A stretch of 14,851 nt of DNA from an archaeon (GTDB lineage Archaea; Iainarchaeota; Iainarchaeia; Iainarchaeales; Iainarchaeaceae): positions 1 to 14,851 of the forward strand of contig DATDXA010000038.1 of NCBI GenBank assembly GCA_035289485.1. The letters are read 5' to 3'. The position numbers were made by a program, and so were the translations under genes. Every line of letters starts with the position of its first letter. Position 1 is the first letter of the stretch. Under the pieces are notes generated by a model. The model was not told where the DNA came from. It searched no databases and saw nothing but the letters and a program-made list of their open reading frames with translations. This document shows positions 13,944-14,851 of this stretch, piece by piece.

Positions 13944-14690
13944 ATGGACTTAAAGCCACTTGAGCACATCGGCCTTAGCAAAAACGAAACGGAGCTTTAT
14001 TCAATTCTTTTAAGAAGCGGCCCTTCATCGGCGAGTGCAATATCGGAAAAATCAGGAATGTACAGGCCCTATGTGTATGATACGCTTGAGAGGCTGCTTG
14101 AAAAGGGCCTTGTGAATTTTGTAGTAGAATCCAAAAAGAAAATATATTCCGCTTCGCGCCCCGAAAAGATACTTGAGCTAATAGAGGAGCGCAAGCAGGA
14201 AATAGAATCGCTGCTCCCCGAACTTTCAGCACTTGCAGATGCCAAACAGGCTCAAACCAATATCAGCGTCATTAGGGGAAAGGAGGTTGTTGGGACTGTG
14301 ATAAAAACCGCCCTTGAGAAATTGCGCAAGTATGGAGGCGAAGAGCTTATTTTGGGTGTTGATGACGCGCTCTATGTAAAGCACGCCCCTGTGCAAATCA
14401 AAAAATACATTGCGGCAATTGAGAAGGAAAAATTGCACGAACGTGTCATTTCAAGCGAGGAGATGAAGGCATTTGTTGGCGGGAAAACAAGCCATTACAG
14501 GTTCCTTAGCAAGGAATTTTTTAACCCAACCGCAATACACATAGCAGGAAACTGCGTGTGCATGATAATGTGGACCGAGCCTCTTATTGGCATTATAATT
14601 GAGAGCCCCGATGCTGCGGATGCCTATAGAAAGTACTTCAATTTGCTCTGGAAAATTGCAAAACCCAAGAAGTGGAAACGCAATGCCTGA
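13944..14690 (+). CDS. TrmB-family transcriptional regulator
   Basis: GLSKNETELYSILL...ISEKSGMYRPYVYDTLERLLEKGLV wHTH, a coiled linker, and a C-terminal effector domain ending YFNLLW. SD GGGGTGA. Confidence 0.92.
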   Translation: MDLKPLEHIGLSKNETELYSILLRSGPSSASAISEKSGMYRPYVYDTLERLLEKGLVNFVVESKKKIYSASRPEKILELIEERKQEIESLLPELSALADAKQAQTNISVIRGKEVVGTVIKTALEKLRKYGGEELILGVDDALYVKHAPVQIKKYIAAIEKEKLHERVISSEEMKAFVGGKTSHYRFLSKEFFNPTAIHIAGNCVCMIMWTEPLIGIIIESPDAADAYRKYFNLLWKIAKPKKWKRNA

Positions 14691-14711
14691 GAACAGATTG
14701 GCTAACCAAAA

Positions 14712-14851
14712 TGTGTTGTCCTGATTTAATGTCCTCTCTGTGTTTCATGTTGGGTCATCGTCCTTTTATGCTTTGTCCAAGAACGCCCTTATGGGCGTTC
14801 TGAGTGAGCCGTTTTCTAGGCTCATGTGTGGTCTGCGTTCGTTGTAGTACT
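14712..14851 (-). mobile_element. right end of an IS481/IS3-type insertion sequence
   Basis: A transposase C-terminus is followed about 50 nt later by a TGT-starting terminus (TGTGTTGTCCTGATTTAATGTCC read inward). The exact end is uncertain by a few bp. Confidence 0.6.
14766..14851 (-). CDS. transposase C-terminal fragment (integrase core, IS481/IS3-like), partial
   Basis: The minus strand from 14849 reads YYNERRPHMSLENGSLRTPIRAFLDKA*, matching the YNxxRPHxSL...TP motif of DDE integrase cores. Confidence 0.85.
   Translation of the reverse strand, partial: YYNERRPHMSLENGSLRTPIRAFLDKA

Noticed and set aside
14780..14825. Two adjacent hairpins (AGAACGCCC-TTAT-GGGCGTTCT and TGAGCC...GGCTCA)
   Set aside because: They lie inside the transposase coding tail, and there is no independent evidence for a separate RNA or terminator.
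1..14851. Composite transposon or circular element formed by the two edges; recurring 9-mer TAGGCTCAT (1-9 minus strand, 11232-11240, 14817-14825)
   Set aside because: The two termini are dissimilar, the cargo is core housekeeping, and a 9-mer recurrence with unrelated flanks is compatible with chance.

Overview
Archaeal chromosomal segment with archaeal-type PheS/PheT, Orc1/Cdc6, RFC large subunit, Nob1 and TrmB. A DPANN-like lineage is an inference only. In order, the window holds: a probable IS end at the left edge, RNase Z, a putative toxin/HTH-antitoxin pair, a sugar-phosphate nucleotidyltransferase, an MBL-fold hydrolase with atypical metal ligands, a membrane-anchored secreted protein, a Nob1 lacking its zinc ribbon, pheS-pheT, a small basic orphan ORF, rfcL, orc1/cdc6 with a G-string inverted repeat upstream, a NitT/TauT-type ABC importer divergent from a TrmB regulator, and the 3' end of an IS481/IS3-type transposase at the right edge. 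The most notable signal is a 25-nt non-coding motif found twice (1330-1354 and 6588-6612), each copy just behind a hairpin after the TGA of a tRNA-handling gene (rnz, pheS). All six differences between the copies form three compensatory base-pair swaps in an H-type pseudoknot. The pheS copy lies between two copies of the pheS 3' end, within a chain of overlapping mini-ORFs that leads into pheT. No CRISPR array, tRNA or rRNA was recognised.
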